DNA of 64,000 nucleotides from an uncultured Actinomycetota bacterium. GTDB lineage: Bacteria; Actinomycetota; Actinomycetes; JAHEKZ01. Of the stretch, positions 63,457-64,000 are shown in pieces; the stretch's first letter is position 1, and the number at the start of each line of letters is the position of its first letter. The stretch covers positions 704,001 to 768,000 of the forward strand of contig CAVQYR010000001.1 of the NCBI GenBank assembly GCA_963718235.1, written 5' to 3'. A program made the translations under genes and the position numbers. The notes under the pieces were generated by a model, which was given only the letters and a program-made list of their open reading frames with translations, was not told where the DNA came from and did not search any database.

Positions 63457-64000
63457 ATGTCTGAGCCAACCCGTCGCACGCCAACGCTGTTCCTGGTCGC
63501 CGGCGTGCTGGTGGCCCTGCTCGTCCAGCTCGTCCCCCTTCTGGCCGCGAACCCGGCTCAGGCCGCCCCCGCGGTTCCCGTCACCCCCGACTTCGGCAAG
63601 GCGATCGAGGACTACGCGCCCTACCAGGCCGGCACCGTCTGCGACCCCGTCGACCGTCCCGGTGCCAAGAAGATCGCGGCCCTGATCCGGGCCACCTACG
63701 GCAGCGACGAGTCGATCGGCATCGCCCGTGACGCCTGCTACACGACGTCGGAGCACAACGACGGCCGGGCACTGGACTGGATGCTCGACGCCTCCAGCCG
63801 CGCCGACCGGGCGAAGGCCAAGGCCTTCCTCGGCTGGCTCCTGGCCACGGACGGGCGCGGCAACCACGCGGCGATGGCCCGCCGCCTCGGAATCATGTAC
63901 ATCATCTGGAACAAGCGGATGTGGCGCGCGTACTCGCCACGTGGTTGGGGCGACTACTCCGGCACCAACCCGCACACCGATCACATCCACATCAGCCTCG
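63457..64000 (+). CDS. Secreted M15/LAS-like zinc peptidase, putative cell-wall hydrolase (3' end outside window; not in ORF track)
   Basis: Own translation: signal peptide ending AQA, SEHNDGRALD (H-x6-D), HTDHIH. Confidence 0.75.
   Translation, partial: MSEPTRRTPTLFLVAGVLVALLVQLVPLLAANPAQAAPAVPVTPDFGKAIEDYAPYQAGTVCDPVDRPGAKKIAALIRATYGSDESIGIARDACYTTSEHNDGRALDWMLDASSRADRAKAKAFLGWLLATDGRGNHAAMARRLGIMYIIWNKRMWRAYSPRGWGDYSGTNPHTDHIHISL

Overview
High-GC actinobacterial (Actinomycetes) chromosomal window, mostly core genome. It runs tuf (5' truncated), the S10-spc-alpha ribosomal superoperon (with a TauE/SafE gene between map and infA), truA, an orphan carbamate kinase, an ABC-F ATPase, an MFS transporter, rplM-rpsI-glmM-glmS, acpS-nnr-alr-tsaE-tsaB-rimI-tsaD, groES (tandem CIRCE, no groEL behind it), a whiD / CarH-like B12-MerR / helical-repeat / bldM regulatory cluster, guaB-guaB3-glpD-aldehyde dehydrogenase-choD, a small F420/DinB cassette, a heterodimeric ABC exporter, guaA and several accessory genes. 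I saw no rRNA, tRNA, CRISPR array, integrase or transposase. Five essential genes (rpsN, rpsH, rpmJ, rpoA, rplQ) each carry a net +1 frameshift, most likely consensus errors. The best candidate for an undescribed system is the cobalamin-photoreceptor-like regulator placed between the developmental regulators whiD and bldM, with sigma-28 (WhiG/FliA)-type promoter motifs upstream of bldM and of a secreted peptidase. All family and motif assignments are by eye from the translations; no database searches were run.
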